From IMG/VR virus record IMGVR_UViG_3300032257_000068, positions 1 through 35,611 of that record: DNA of 35,611 bases. One strand, 5' to 3'. Position numbers and translations under genes: made by a program. Under the pieces are notes generated by a model. That model saw only the letters and a program-made list of their open reading frames with translations. It was not told the origin of the DNA and made no database searches. Of the stretch, positions 34,467-35,611 are shown one piece after another; the stretch's first letter is position 1, and each line of letters starts with the position of its first letter. The DNA comes from a virus. Taxonomy: Duplodnaviria > Caudoviricetes.

Positions 34467-35611
34467 CTATTCCTCAATGTAGAAAGTTCGGTTTTCTCTC
34501 ATGATATAATAGTTTTTATTTTCATGAAAGATATAGAAAGTCCTTGATGCTGGCACAACATCAAATCCCGCGATACTTAATAGCACATTATCACTGATCA
34601 TTGAATGAAGCGAATCATCGATTATTAATATATGATCTTGAGTTAGCGCAATTTCTTCTGCTGTATGAGAATGCAAAGCTTCTGCGATCACTAGCTGGTG
34701 ATCTTGAGTTAGTGCAATATTATCAACAGTTTGGAAGTGAAGAGCGTCAGCAATAACCAGAGCAATAGCAGTTGATACATCACATTGATCGGCCACATGA
34801 GCATGAAGGGCTTCATCGATAGACAAAATATGCAGCTGTGTTAATGCTATATTTTCCGCCATGTGGCCATGCAATGAGTCTTGAACTTCTAGCTGATGAT
34901 CTTGTGTTAGTCCTAAGCTGTCGGCTGCGTGCGCATGCGCAGCACCTGAAATTATTAAATCAATCGCCCCTTCTAGAACAACATTTTCTGCTGTATGGCC
35001 ATGCGTAGTTTCTTGGATCGCCAGTTGATGGGCCTGGGTTAATCCAATATTATCAGAGCTCATTGCGTGCGCAGCTTCTTGAACTGCAAGCGAATGGGCT
35101 TGAGTTAGACCGATATTATCAGAACTCATTGCATGGCTAGAATCAGCAATTACAAGATCAACGCCGCTTGCCACATACTCATGACAGCCGATGTCATAGG
35201 TTGCCCCACGAGATGTGCCGTTTATATCAACTGTGGAGCCTGCTGTCGTACCTCCATCAATCGCATCGGTATCGCCAGAGGCTAAAGCGAAATCAGTGGC
35301 GCTCACAAAGTTAATCGTGGAACTGGTAACTGTGTTAGTACCTTCTAGCGTGCTGTTATCGGTTAGGTTGTAATCAATAACCGCAGGACTATCCGCTGTA
35401 TACTCAGCGAAATCATCAGTGCAGTTTTGAAATAAGTTATTTTTGCCCTCGTTAAGCTTAACACTCCAGCCGCCAGCAAAACCCCTGGTGCAATCGTTTA
35501 TCGTGTTGTTGTAAGCGTTATAATCGCCAGACGTACCATAATAATTGAGGAAAATCCCTGTATGAGTAGTCCCGCTAAAGCCATCTACAATGCAGTTTCT
35601 AATTGTGCTTA
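34467..35611 (-). CDS. 3' part of the 535-aa fibre/spike protein: beta-helix end (AYNNTINDC, KNNLFQNC), DIGCHEY motif, nine 22-aa His-rich repeats, C-terminal RTFYI..E motifs
   Basis: Frame is open from 35306 up to the window end; the track's 279-aa ORF is only the C-terminal part. Confidence 0.88.
   Translation of the reverse strand, partial: STIRNCIVDGFSGTTHTGIFLNYYGTSGDYNAYNNTINDCTRGFAGGWSVKLNEGKNNLFQNCTDDFAEYTADSPAVIDYNLTDNSTLEGTNTVTSSTINFVSATDFALASGDTDAIDGGTTAGSTVDINGTSRGATYDIGCHEYVASGVDLVIADSSHAMSSDNIGLTQAHSLAVQEAAHAMSSDNIGLTQAHQLAIQETTHGHTAENVVLEGAIDLIISGAAHAHAADSLGLTQDHQLEVQDSLHGHMAENIALTQLHILSIDEALHAHVADQCDVSTAIALVIADALHFQTVDNIALTQDHQLVIAEALHSHTAEEIALTQDHILIIDDSLHSMISDNVLLSIAGFDVVPASRTFYIFHENKNYYIMRENRTFYIEE
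34566..35159 (-). repeat. Nine 66-bp (22-aa) degenerate coding tandem repeats, His-rich
   Basis: Units such as SLAVQEAAHAMSSDNIGLTQAH; His invariant at position 9. Confidence 0.9.
35525..35611. repeat. 87-bp terminal direct repeat (copy 2)
   Basis: Identical to nt 1-87. Confidence 0.97.

Noticed and set aside
34566-35159. Diversity-generating retroelement TR/VR pair
   Set aside because: Repeats are in-frame coding units with mostly synonymous differences, and no reverse transcriptase is present

Overview
The window is almost certainly a complete, circularly permuted genome (35,524 bp unique; nt 1-87 repeated exactly at 35525-35611) of a tailed dsDNA siphovirus-type phage. The Rz/Rz1-type spanin pair and the SSB tail DFDDSIPF point to a Gram-negative, probably proteobacterial host. 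The minus-strand virion module runs terS-terL-portal-minor head-scaffold-P22-like capsid, then a fibre/adaptor cluster including a 535-aa beta-helix/His-repeat protein split by the sequence junction, head-tail joining genes, tail tube, a chaperone with a -1 frameshift, tape measure, tail tip genes, a cupin and an expanded lysis cassette (amidase, holin-like proteins, a YadA-anchor-like protein, spanins). The early/middle region has Bet/YqaJ/SSB recombination genes, nucleases, a C5-methyltransferase-like gene, a Cro-like HTH and many small ORFs. I recognised no integrase, CI repressor, DNA polymerase, primase or helicase. The most unusual elements are a ~380-nt structured non-coding region (with an adjacent opposite-strand small RNA) ahead of an N-terminally short replication protein, a circularly permuted tRNA-like RNA, a Tat-signal protein carrying a copy of a tail protein's N-terminal peptide, and a passenger-less autotransporter anchor in the lysis cassette. 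All family assignments are from motif recognition by eye; no searches were run.
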